From assembly GCA_043228905.1 (NCBI GenBank), contig JBHGNT010000011.1:19654001-19718000 (forward strand): 64,000 nucleotides of DNA, given 5' to 3'. The DNA comes from Azolla caroliniana. Lineage: Eukaryota; Plantae; Polypodiophyta. Below the pieces are notes generated by a model, which saw only the letters and a list, made by a program, of their open reading frames with translations, made no database searches and was not told the origin of the DNA. Made by a program: the position numbers and the translations under genes. Below, piece by piece: positions 39,048 through 52,400 of this stretch. Position 1 is the stretch's first letter. The number at the start of each line of letters is the position of its first letter.

Positions 39048-42000
39048 ATGATGAGGTCAGATACACTGCTCGACTATGCTGTTTTCCAGCTGACCCCCAC
39101 CAGAACAAGGTGCAAAAAAAAATCTCTGTTTTCTTCACCATTTATCTTTTACGATGCCATCGCTGAAAATTCATCCATCTTCAGAATAAGATGGTGTTAA
39201 CTATGGCTGTCTTTTTAGCACAATATATTCTCTTGTATAATGTCCATGCTCACAGTATTGACCTGTTTCTGCAGGTGTGAGTTGCTTGTTGCTGCACAAG
39301 GTAAGACGTACAAACTTGCATCAGGGCTTCTGAAGCCATTTGTTGCTCACCTGCGAGCTGCAGAGGAGCAGATTGCAAAAGGAGGCTACTCCATCCGCCT
39401 TGAACTACCTGATCATTGTCTTTCCGCCAAATGGTTCACCAAGGGCACCATGGAAAGGTAATGGGTTGAGAGCTACAGAGAACTCTCCCTTATGATACTT
39501 GAATGCTATCCCTATAATGTAGCTTCAAATATCAACATAACATATGTGCTGTTTAGGTTTGTGAGGTTTGTTAGCACTCCTGAAGTGTTGGAGAGGGTTA
39601 GTACTGTCGAGACTGAGCTGTCAGAACTAGAGGAGGCTGTGCGGATTCAAGAAAGCAATACATCTGATGAAACGGACGTGGTACCAAGCTGACAAATTTA
39701 TGGTCATTGAGTTTTTTCACAGTATTCTCTTTGAGATCATATCTGATGTCAACCCGATATTACATAGGTAGAAGATTCGCTGGCGAAGATGGTACCGTCA
39801 CCATCTTCCACAAGTATGTTGTAGCTCTCCTCTAAACTGTATTGATGTTTAGATCTCATCTTCTTCTGATGTATGCCACATCTTCTGAAGTTATGTGTGG
39901 CATAGTTTCATTTTGTTATTCTTGCAATTATCAATGGTAAAACTACATACAGCTCATGTACACCAAAATGATACTAATTTCTACCTGAAATGCAGTAGGA
40001 TGTTATATGCGAATGCCATTTAAAAACCTTTAGGAACAATCCTGTCTTTTTCAATCTTTTTTATTTATGAATATAATTGTGGGTTTTGTAACTTCTTGTT
40101 GTAGGGGTAAAGTCTACAGCTTCTGTGAATATAGAGAGACTCGCCAAGGTGTTTAAAGCATCCACGTTTCAGCTTAAATTACTGTCATTTTGAGAACGGT
40201 TTACTGAACTTAAACTTTGAATTTCTATGCAGCCTCTTGATGCGGCTGAAAATGCAACAGAAGGAAATACCAAGTATTTTTCCTTCTTGATCATTTTTAT
40301 ATTAGCATGTAAATCTATATTAGAATGTAAAACGTGTTTTGTTTTTGGAATGAAAAACCTTTGCATCAATAAAATGTCCCTTGCAATGTGTTATTACTCT
40401 ATGGACATTTATGTTTTATTATTATACGTCCTTCATTTCTATCATTTACTTATTCACTCACTCACTTGCATGTACACACTCAATTCGTAAGCCCAGATTA
40501 TTCTGGTCTTATAGAATTCTATGCCTCTTTGCGTGTATATATGCATATGTATATCACTGTGTCTATATAAACGTGTATATATAGTTGTGTCATCACATAA
40601 GGATTAATGTGATTTGCAGGCACTGTCTACTAAGAGCTTTAGATGCTCGTCGGCTTATGCTACAGAAGGAGCAAGGAATGTCATTTGCTCGAGCAATAGC
40701 TGCTGGTTTCAGCATTGAGTATATGGATGATTTAGTGTCCTTTGCTGAGTGTTTTGGAGCTGATCGCTTACGGTAGTTGATGGCTTAGGTCATTTATGGT
40801 GATTATGCGTATATACTTTCAATGCATTATTTTGAATTGTAGCTTTTGAGTGCAGAGAAGCATGCTTAAAATTCATTGCTCTATGCAAAAAGAGGCAAGA
40901 ATCTGGACTCTGGCAAGACGACCTTGACCTGGCTGCAGTGGAAACTGCAAGGGTCATGGGTGGAACTGGTGATATTCAGGAGCAGCTGGATGAGACTCGT
41001 CGAGCTAGCTTTCCTATTGAGAGAATGGCATCCATGGGTGAGAACATATTGCGAAACCATACCCGTAGAGGTTCGCTAGATGGCTTGGCAGCCGAACACT
41101 TGCAAGGAGCATCAGCGATGAGGCCTCCTGGTACAATGGGAGACTATAGTCCTTCAATGTGGTCAAAGAATGGAGTTGAGTACAGAGATGCAGAGGCTGA
41201 GAGAAGGGCTGGATTTATAAGATCACACCCGGTCATGGCAGCCTGGCCAGGGCATCTTGGTCCTCTCTCTCCTCATGAAGCTATGCAACATTCTTCACTA
41301 TATGGATTTCCAAGCCCTGGCATGCCCTATCCTCAGCACCTTGGAAGTCCTTACATGCAGTCCCCTTATGCTGAAAAAAATGGATGGCAGATGCATGCAC
41401 CAACATATTGGCCTGGAAGTCATAGTGCAAATGCATTTGGTGACGGGGTTCCACTTGGTCTACAGCAAACACCACCTCGAGTTATGGGTGAGAGAGATGC
41501 ACAAGGTAACATTGGGGCCCACCAAAATCATCGCCCTCCTAAGAATGATGATGAAGAAAAAGATAGAGATAAATCATTCAATGATGGAGACATGGAACCA
41601 GAGACAAGACGGTCATCACAACGATCTTTATCCCCAAGAAGGAGGTCTGTGTCACCAAAGAGAAAGGGAAGTTCTGGCTCTAAGAGATCTGGGATGGTAG
41701 TTATCCGCAACATCAATTATATTACTCCTGGTTCTCAAGATCATCATCCTGATACAGAAAACAATGATACAGACTCATCTCTAACCAATAGTGAGGATGA
41801 CCAACATGGTAATGGAAATGGCTCTTTAAACACAAAGACAGAAAACGGGGGAGCAAGATTATGGCATTCCACTGGACTTTCTGAGAGTAAAAATAGATAT
41901 AGTAATGAACGTGATACATCTTTCTGTATGGATAGAGCTAAGAGTCCTGCTTCAACTCATGATCCTGCTGAGACAGAATTTAGGATGTCTTCGATGTCAC

Positions 42001-45000
42001 ATAAGATCCATAACAATGGAGAGAAAAGAGGTCAGGTGTTGGATAACATTTTCAGATTAAATGAGAGGGAACGAACTGGTAGATCTAGAGAAATGCATTC
42101 TGAAATGCTCGCTGAACAAGGAGGACAAGGCAATAAGAGAATTTCTGCTTCACATGATTCATTTATTCTTCCAGAAAGTAGGAGAAGTCTTACTGAAAGA
42201 GGTAGCAAAATAATAGATGCTGATTTTGAAATTTCAGGGAAATCTGACCAGTCTTTCCAACAAAAAGACAGTGATGATTCCTTCATTGTCTATGATCGAA
42301 TTGTTGCCCGCGAAGAATCTAATATTGACTGGAGAACACCGTTAAACTTAGATGGTGAGGTACCTAGTAGTAAAAGCATCACTGCTGATGCAACCAAACC
42401 AGTTCAGAGCGCAGACGAGTATTTTGAGCCTGACGGTTTATTTATGATTCCTGAAAGGAATAAGAATACAGCTAACAGATCTTGGAATACGCCCGTCGAC
42501 TATGACATGGAAGTTTTAGCAGGTGATGCCCGTCATGGACAGGAACTTGAGAGTAGTATGGATCCATCTGTAAATGAGCAGGAATGTAAGGAGTTGGAGG
42601 TTAAATCTAAAGAAAACTTGAAAGCATCTGGGAAAGGAACCAAGGCTAGAGCCATGCGACCAGCCATTGTTCGTCCTGGAAAACCAAATCCATTGGTAGA
42701 AGCACAATTAAGGGCAGAGAAGCTACGTGCTTATAAAGCCGACTTGCAGAAGAGCAAGAAGGAAAAGGTAAGGCCACAGCTTCTTCTCCTGCATGTATCA
42801 ATAAAAATTTGGAGCTTTAACATGTTAGAGATTCAAGAAGTGCTTATGATACATGATATGATATTGCTTGCTTATTTTACAATGTGTAGGAAGATGAGGA
42901 CCGAAAAAGAATTGAAGATCTGAAAAGGCAGCGGCAAGAGCGGATTGCATCTCGGAGCTGTGCAAACACTGGTGCTATCAAGTCTCCTTCCACAAATCGA
43001 ACTATTCGAGCGACCCCTCATAATGCAAGTAGGTCTAGCCTATCCACAATACCACGCATAATGTCTACTTCGAGTCCAGGTAGTGGAGCTCCTTCTTTTA
43101 TGTCACCTAGAACTAGAGACTTAATTAACACCAAATCATCAAGAGTAACGGAAAAGGTTCTCAGTCACTCAGTCCCATCTCTCAATGAGCTTCAAAGAGT
43201 GACCGCCAAAGCATCTCCTGCCCGGGCTAGTGCCGGTGGAACTCAGCAGTCACAGCTAAAAAGGAATATGAAAGATAAAGATTCTCTTTCTGTTCACAAG
43301 ACCAATGCTCATATAGCAGAGAAGAGGGGACCTTTATCATTGACAACCGTAATAAAGAAGGGTACCACTCTCGGCAAGGACACTAAGATTGAAGGATCAG
43401 CTTTGGTAAAATCCACTAGAGTCCCAACTGTTGTGAATAAGCAAGAAAAGAAACCGACGATTAGTGCAGGGAGTACAAGACTGCTTACACAAGAACAGAC
43501 TACTTCAGATATGGGCAAAGTCTCAGGTTCTTCACAGTCAGGAAGATTGATACATACTGAAGGCTCAAAGAAGGCCCAAAAAATTGAGCGACCTGTGACA
43601 GAAGAACATGCATTCATGAGTGCAACAGAAGGTGAACATCATCCCTCTGTTCCAAAAGAGGAGAAAGCGTATGTGCAAATTAGGGCACCTGAATCAAGTG
43701 AAAAAGAAATCACAGTTACTGCTGTAGATGTGAGCCACCACCTATTGGAAGCAAAGTGTGGGGAGCATACAATGTCAGAGAAGTACCATAAGATTGTAGA
43801 AGAATGCTCTACTGTTAATGCTGAGAAATCTGAAAATAAGAGTGGATTGCACATAGGTTCATTTCGTCTACTTTCATTGTCTGCTGGGCATGTTGTACAA
43901 TCTGAAAACTATGGTGAAAATGAAGAATTAAACTATCATGCTCCAGTTGCACGGTTGTCCACAGATGAGAAATCTTCTGTGGAGGAGAAAGATGATGCAT
44001 GTCAAAAGCTTTCTGGCACAGATCAATATGACCCTCCATATGCACTGATGTCTTCGATAGATTTTGATAAAGATGCGGAATATAAAGAGGCAAATGGATT
44101 AGACAAGAATGCAGCATCTTATGGTGCTCTGGAGCATCCAACCTCACATATTTCAGGTCACTTCAGTTCTGCTCCTTATGCCCCCCCAACTGACTCTCCT
44201 GTCATGACTCCCTCTAAGAACATTCCTAGTCTTCATGAAGCTATTCAACAGGCACAATCAGCAGAAAGTGACTCAATTACATCTAAATCGAGGAAGAAAT
44301 GGGTGGGGGATGCAGGAGCATCACAGAAGACAACTCCCAAGGAGCATAGTGCGAAGGGGCTAAAAAAGCTGCTACTCCTGGGAAGAAAGAGCAGTCGTAG
44401 CCCCCTGCAAAGCTCTTCAGAGTGGAACCCAGGTTCTATGGCATCTGAAGAACGCGACGAAGATGATGACGATGACGACGAAGATGACCAATCATTGAGC
44501 AAGAACAAGAGCAAGCATGTGGGTGGTTTTAGAGCAAAATCTCCTGATGGCTTCAGCTCAGGTAATTAATAACACTCCTAATTTACAGTGCACATTAGAC
44601 AGGAACGCTTCTTTTCTACCATTTTTCCTTGCTCATAAATTTGTGCAATACGTTTTCTCCTGTGAGGTCCAATATCACAGCCTTTTGCAGGTGAATCTTA
44701 GGTAGGCACCTTAAGCATATCAAGAGTGTATGGAGTGTATGTTGCAATGCATTCAAGTGGTTTAAGTAGAGTGCCTAGACGAACGTAGCTTAGATGGTTA
44801 GAGATATTTATTTAGATATATTCTTTTTAGCATCCATAGAGAAGCCACTATTGACCCAGGGGACCTAAGTACATGAGTTTTCTTGATGTGTCACCTTCCT
44901 GAGCAGGGATATTCAGACTTTGAAACACAATATATCGAGATGTGTGAATAAGGCATACACGTATGAGCTCGATCTTCTAGGTGTTCTCTTTTGTGTGACA

Positions 45001-46172
45001 CTCAAGTCGAACCAGAGTTAACACTTGTGTTAGTAATGAGATAAGGGTGAATACAATCAAAAGGCCTTCTTGCCTTATATTGAATCTGACATTCAGGGTT
45101 GATGTTTGCAATATAACAATCTAATTTTGTCCTTTTAGCATCTTCACACTTCTTCCTTTGTGGTTCCATTAACCTTTCCTCAATAATTACATATTTCATA
45201 GCATCACTTGAAAACTCTAAGAGCTTCTTATTAGAAGTCAACTACCCAACTAGATGAAAGAATGTTGCTCTTCTGATTCTTTTGTTGTTTACATCGAATA
45301 TTCCAAGCAATCTATGACTTGATATATTCTTGACTTTTGTGATGCATCTATAGAACTCTCAGTTGGGCCAATATCTCTGTACGTTGAGCATCTGTTTCCA
45401 AGAGCATAACGTGATAGGTGTTGGATTTAACTCCTAGTTGTCTCCATAAAAACGTCTTTTGAACCTTCTCCATCTCATTCCATGCATGAAGAGTGATGGT
45501 GCCTCCCACACTTTTATTCCATAAAGCAAAATTTTTGTTACCATGACATCAAATAAGATCAATTTCAATTCCAACCATCAGTATCACTTTGTTTGCTTTG
45601 TTTTTTCAACGTATAATAACTTTCCAAGTAGCATAAAGCCAAGACTTAAAGGATACACTTCATTTTTTGTGGCGGGTATATTAATATCATGGTGTTTAAA
45701 GCTTTGCACAGTACATGTTCTCCCTTCTATTTAAGCATAGGGTATCGGTGAGGTTGGATGGTTCGTTCGCATTACCATCATTTTTGTTTTATCCACATTT
45801 ATAGTTAGTCCACTACTTTGGCAAAATGCTTCTAATGCTCCAAATCCAAAGTAAACGTTCTATACCAACAAAAACAAAATCATGTGGAGAAAGAGAGAGA
45901 GCTGTTATTTAATGCAGAAGGAAAATCGCATGGTCCAAGTCAGAGCGAGACGACTCCGACCAAAAGTAAGTAATCACAGTATCTTCATCTTGACATGATC
46001 CTGTCCCACACATATCTTTTAGATCATTATACATACATACAATATGTGTGCATCTGTATTCATTCATTTCATTTGCTGATATATGATGTGTTGTATATAT
46101 ATGTGGTTTACAGATTCTAGATCCTTCTTCTCGCTTCCGACGTTCCGAACCAAAGGCGAGGGAAAGGCATAG
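39048..46172 (+). CDS. COP1-interacting protein 7 (CIP7)-like protein, ~1447 aa
   Basis: Eleven exons, all GT-AG and in frame (4344 nt): 39048-39109 ([21 protein letters not shown]), 39275-39457 ([26 protein letters not shown]), 39557-39680 ([14 protein letters not shown]), 39768-39813, 40105-40148, 40233-40273, 40620-40772 ([19 protein letters not shown]), 40856-42767 ([13 protein letters not shown]; [15 protein letters not shown]), 42890-44561 ([13 protein letters not shown]), 45918-45965, 46114-46172 ([14 protein letters not shown]). These are the hallmark motifs of the CIP7 family. Confidence 0.88.
44990..45845 (-). mobile_element. Degenerate LINE (non-LTR) reverse-transcriptase fragment in CIP7-like intron 9
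   Basis: The minus strand from ~45840 reads [19 protein letters not shown], typical of the C-terminal part of LINE RT (GLxINxxKT), followed by frameshifted, stop-containing sequence. Confidence 0.7.
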
Positions 46173-47151
46173 ATGAGCTTCATTTCCTTCCTCTGGCAGC
46201 TAGCTGGCTCTCATTTCTGTACACATACATACTACACATACATGCGTTTCCATTAGAGACGAAAGGGCAGCCCCCCTTCTGTTTGGGAAAAGCCTTTTTT
46301 AATTTTTATTGATTTGATTTATTTTGTGTGTCCAGTTTGATGCTTGCCTGCACAATAATGGCATCTAAGTTTTTACTTTATCCTGTGTGCTATTTATTCA
46401 TTCATTCTATATCTTTTATGTTAACAACTGAAAATAGCCGGTTCATTCACTGATAGAAGTCATGACTGATGCGTACATTGTGTGTTGTATGTTGTATGTT
46501 GGATCAAGGAGAGCATGCTCTTTCTTGGATGTAAAATAGGAATACCAAGTCTGGTGTTTTGAGATAAGGGTATCAAGGAGTTTGTGTATGTCAGTAGAGG
46601 AGTGGTGGTGTTTTTGCATGCACCATAGCAGCTCTAATTACATGATCCTATCTTGATATAAGGGGCATTGGTTTGCATGTCACAATCAGCTTTTTTCATT
46701 ATTGCTAGGGTGCATCGACCATCCTCCTCTAGTGTTTGTTCACATTATTCAGTCACCAGCCAGGGCGCATATGCGATCTCCAGGATACCCTAACCTATTA
46801 TGGTTTGCATGGATTGTCGCCGTGAGACTTTTTGGGGCATTTGCTTGTGAGCTATGTATGGTTGGTAAAACCAACTAAAGCATGCTATCCTCTGCGAATG
46901 CTTAGAGCTGATTCATACTTTAGTGACACGTCAGTAGAGTCATAGAAGTACTGTATTAAGTGGAATGAAAATAAAATGGGACAATTTGCTAACACCAAGT
47001 CTCATGGTTTTTGAAAGAGAAATGAATAATTAGAGCAAGCAATGATGAAACAACCATGTAGGGCCTGTTTGAAGAGACAATATTGATAGTAAGTGTAGTG
47101 ATACGAATGGGTTCTTGGATGAAATGTTCTTGATAAGCTTTGTTGTTATTT

Positions 47152-47185
<34 letters not shown>

Positions 47186-47529
47186 GCTCTTTCTTAGTAG
47201 CTCATTTGATGACCATATGAATATTGTTCATAGATAGTTGTTGCACCTATAATGTTCTACAATTATTCATCATGAATAATCATGAAAATTATAGTTCATT
47301 CTAGATTATTCAAGGATTATCATACATTGAAAAGCTAAATTATGTGACATGATCAATAATACCCCAAAGTTTTCCAATGTTGAGCAGTCTATCATTTTGG
47401 ATCTACCCTAATCATGAATCTTTTTATGCCTAGATGACGTTGCAATATTTGGTACTTTGCTTATATTTTAGAGCACGCATGAAGTTACTTCAAGACATTA
47501 TTGTAGAGGTTGCATGATCATGTTATTCT

Positions 47530-48525
47530 CACCCTAAGAAGCGAACCTAGGACCTCTCTCACCCTAAGCAAGAATCATACTATTGAACCAAATGCTCCAT
47601 TCTAAATCCCAATTGTTAATGCATATAAGAGTTGAAATCAAGACGTCAATGACCCTAAGAAGGACCGTACCACAAAGAGAAAATGACTAGTGTAGATTTG
47701 AAATATCAATAAGGACATATGATACATCTCTCCTTTTAGATATTAATACCAATGTTAATGGCTGACACAAGTACTCACGTTTTTAGGGAAGGTAAATGTG
47801 GGCATGATTTAATTTGCTTATGGGGGTGTTTTGATTATTCAGCTTTGAACCTCCCAAACCCAAAAACAAGAATCACAACACTAGAGTAACTACCCACTCA
47901 TAAAATCTACGGAAAATAAAGTCTTATTTATCTTGATTAAGGGGCATTCGAAGAGTTGAACTCATGACCTCTCAAACCCTAAACTTTGATACCAATATTA
48001 AACTCTGTCATTTGATTACATAGGTATTTCAAGAATTGAACTCATTACCTCTAACATCCTAAACTCAAATACCAATATTAAACTTTACTATTTAATTGCA
48101 TGGGTATTATGAGAATCAAACGCAAGGCCTCTTGCACCCTGAGTGATAATCATACAAATCATTTTATTTGCTAATAATGGGCATTCCAAGAATCAATTCA
48201 TGACCTCTTGCACGCTAGAACTCATGACACGTCATTTTACTTGATTAACAAAGCATTCAAAGAATTGAACCGAAGACCTCTTGCTTAATCCTCATCACGT
48301 AACTATCCTTTCAAAGAATTAACTTTATGAAGGGGGAATTCTAAGAGTTGAACTGAGGGAATTTTGAGAATTGAACTAAGTGCGAGATAACTAGATCAAA
48401 TGCCCAGAGTGAGATCACTAGACCAAATTCCCATCCTAGTATATTTAGTATACATAATAGTAAAGGTAAATACAAATATCGAGGCATTTCAAGAATTGAA
48501 CTCAAGACCTCTCATACCCTGAACA
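47530..48525 (-). repeat. Degenerate array of tRNA-T-arm/B-box-like repeats (possible SINE-derived minisatellite)
   Basis: The + strand motif CAAGAATTGAACTCA.GACCTCT recurs (~47551, 47966, 48047, 48127, 48203, 48275, 48507) with core spacing 72-81 bp. On the minus strand it reads AGAGGTC.TGAGTTCAATTC. Confidence 0.65.
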
Positions 48526-49455
48526 TATGCCCATTCTAATCCCTTGGTTTGAGGTTCAACTAGTACACTTTGTATTTACACATTGTCCTAAACATTTCAC
48601 TCTTGCAGCGAGTGACAAATGAAAATCAAGAAAGGTAGATTTAAGAGCGTACTCTTCCTCCCAGGTGGGCAAGAAGACAAGTGGAGTTGGAGAAAGAAAG
48701 ATATGTTAATGTATTCTAAGACAAAAATTGGCCCATGAGACAAGACAAATGAGAGAACAAAGATTAATGATGAGAGTAGTACTATGAGCACTAAGATAGA
48801 TATTGAGACATCCTATGACTGGCCTCAATCTATCGGGGATCAACTAGAGAGGAGACCCCTACAACCAAATGATCTACACACACTCTCGTAGCTGTACGGC
48901 TTGCGTGGTATTCGTGACAGGATTGGTGTTTTGTCAACAGTAACTGGTTGACGGAAGCCTAAGTTTACGAGAGAAGTGCACTTTTGTTGTTGTGAGAATC
49001 CTTGCATTCTCTCATGCATTCCCCATCGATAATAGAATGTCGCGATTGGTTGAAGTAACGTGGTGGGGTTATCAACACGTCGGTATCGGTGTATGAGTAT
49101 TTGGTTATTGGGGCCCTGATGGTCAAGAGCCGGTCTCATAAGATCTTTGGTGGGACAAGGGGAACCGACCTTCATTTTAGAGAGCTTTTTTGGCCGCCCC
49201 CCCTCTAAAAGCAGACATAGATCAAGCAGACCGATAGATATACATAGATAGATAGACAGACAGATATAAAATCTTCAAGCATACGTCCATCCATCCTCTC
49301 TGTCTCCCTCTTTGTGTCAGATACGCCCCTGCAGATTTGTGAGAGTCCGCCAAAGCAACCCCCTCCTTCTATTGGCTACCTGTTCTTCTTCACCATACTT
49401 TCTCTTTCTGATTCTTCTCTGTGAATCGGATCCAAAGGCCTCGTTTTTCGGAGCC

Positions 49456-52400
49456 ATGGCGCTCAAGCAGAGACTACACGAGGCTTTCAAAGGAGCAGTG
49501 GAAAGAATAACACCGCCCCGAACAGTCTCGGCATACAAGGAAAAAGGAGTCCTGACACCTGATGAATTCGTTCTGTCTGGAGACAATCTTGTCGCCAAAT
49601 GCCCTACTTGGTCCTGGTATGCTCTGTTTTTCTTCCTTTTTGCCCATAAAACTATATTTTTTTATTTGTGTACGTTTTTATATATTTGTGTGCATGCATA
49701 TGTTTGAACACATACATGTATGCTTACATGTATGTGATGTGCACATATGTGGGTTATGTATCCCAATATTGTTTCTTTTGAATGGACAGGGAATCAGGGG
49801 ATCCCAACAAAAGGAAAGGATTTTTACCGCCTGAAAAACAGTATTTAATAACTAGAAATGGTAAATACCACTCTATTCTATCTTGGGTTTTGAATCAATG
49901 TCATGTTGTTGTATTGACCTCCAGTTGTATATGAAGTTTATGGTGAAGACTTTTCTAAGCTTGAGTTTTTGCAGTTCCATGTTTGCGGAGAGCCTCATCA
50001 CTTGAAGATGATTATAGGGCTGCTGGAGGCGAGGTTTTACTGGATAATGAAGATGATGGCTGGCTCGCTACTCATGGCAAGCCAGGTATGCTCTCTGGAG
50101 AAAGAAACTCGTTTTTAATTTATGGGAAAGAAAGGAAAGAAACCATAAAAGCAGGGATCTAGCAAATTGACTATGTGGGAATGTTTTGCCCAGATTTGAG
50201 ACACAAGTAATTAAAAAATCAAATTTAAGTTAAACAGAAAACTCTTCCTAGATGTAAAGAAGATATTATTCATTGCAGCAATCAAATTATGGGCACAAAT
50301 TATTTCGAAAGGTGCTTCATATTAATAAAAAATCCAATGTGTGAAGAGAGAACTTCAGAAGTTGTTTTGATGGTTTATATATAGTCTTCTCAATAAACGA
50401 TTCCAAATGAAGATGATACAGTGCCCAGTGTGTGAAGCCCAACATTCAAAATTGTTTATAATGGTTGATTTCTAAGAGGGGATGTAGCACCAACTATACA
50501 TGGTATACGTGTAAAGAGGGTGAACGGTGAAGTCCAGACTCGCCTCCCAGCCATAGAGCTCATGTCTGATCTTGCACGACGTCAGTATATTTTTTCTGGT
50601 TAACATCTTAAATCATGATTGCACTACGCAGCATTTGCACCCATATGTACCTTAGTGGGAAATTGGCACTAAAATTTCTGCAGGTTAAAGAGAACTATGA
50701 AAATAACTTAGTGTCTTTCACCCAACTGCTAAACATAAAAAGTATGCTCGAAAAGAGAGCAAATTTTAAAATACACCCAACTGTTAATGCTCCACTCCCA
50801 TCATACCTTTTTCCAATGGTGAATGCCTACACTGTTTCTTGTGTGCTGAACTTGACGAAAACTCCTCTTTCCTTCTTTATGAAAACAACCTTTGTGTTTG
50901 TTTTGAAATCTTACAATGTGTTTTAATTGCATGCCAATAAAGTATCAGGGCTTATGTCCCACTGTTTGTTTATGATGTTCATTACTCATCATCTCCTTTG
51001 CTTTCGCTGTTGTTTAGCTTATACATATTTATAATCAACGTGAGAGTTGTTTCGCTGAAGTGTATATATGCATGAACAGATTTATAACCCAGGTTCTTCT
51101 TTCCTGAGCATGTAGACTTCTCATGCCTAATAGACTCAGGATACTCTTTTTGATATATCTAACAAAGAAAACTTTGCCAGCTAATAAGACCAGCTAATAA
51201 GAAAACTTTGATGACAAGCTCTTGTACATCCCAAAATGCTCTACTCTTTACTTGTTTTGTATGATTTTTAAATGATGTGTAATCTGTTTCTTTTTCCTGG
51301 GTTTTCTCCGTGCTAGTTTTTTACTTACTTGCATATCATATCAAAATGTGGTAGAGACTTGATTTATTGGGTCTGTTTATTAATATGAGTTGACCGTTGC
51401 CCAATGATAGTGTAAGTAAGGATGCACGCTTTAGGAAACCATTGCACTTATTGGCTGGTTGGTCGATGTTGAGATTGTACATGTCAGCTATTCGACTGTA
51501 GCCTGTTATTTTAATGTTATCTTTTTTGGACATTTTGATTATTTATTTATAGTTCAGCTCTTAGTTATGACCATGAAGTTGTCAAGATAAAATATGTATA
51601 ATTTCATTTCATATAGTGGTCGAAACTTTTGCCTTTCAAAGGTGAATAAGCCTTTGCACCTTTATGCTAGGTGACAAAAAAGAGGAAAATGCACCAATGA
51701 TGGATGGAAGTAAGGAATGCGAGGATACTACTCATATTATTTTAGACAACAGTAAGGATGATGAGGATGATGCTATTCCAGACATGGATACTTTTGTTGA
51801 AAATGATGATGTACGTATACATTCTTGTAGATTGATCCTAATGGCCTATTTTGGCACAATGTTGGATAGTCGTGGGCTAACTTTATCAGATGTTATGTTG
51901 TGCAGGCTACGTTGGAACCAACATATCTGATGGTCCAGGAACCCGAAGAAGATAACATTCTTCGGACACGAACTTATGATGTTAGTATAACGTAAGGAGT
52001 ACCTCAGTAATGTATATGCAACCAAAAGTTAATTTGTATCTTAGATCAACAGCCTCCCATTTTTTTGCAAATGCCCTTTACATTTATTGTTTCTGCAGGT
52101 ATGATAAGTATTATCAGACTCCTCGTGTTTGGTTGACTGGATATGATGAGGTAAATTCTGTAGTCATATTTTTTGAATTGTGGTTAATCTGTGTGACTAA
52201 TCTTGGGTGTAAATGGAATATGTGTGGTGAGATAAAATTTTGTTGCTTCCACAAGCTGAAATACATAGTAGGTATGCAGTGTTAATTTGTCCTCAAGATG
52301 TAGCATCCAGTGCAGAATGGGAGACATTTGGCAAACCTGAATTTCCTATCTTTGTTTGGCTCTTTACAACTAATGGCCTTGTCTTGAAATAATCTTTCCT

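Noticed and set aside
50478-50590. GGGGATGTAGC, resembling the start of tRNA-Ala
   Set aside because: No cloverleaf, T-loop or acceptor-stem complement follows. At most a SINE relic.
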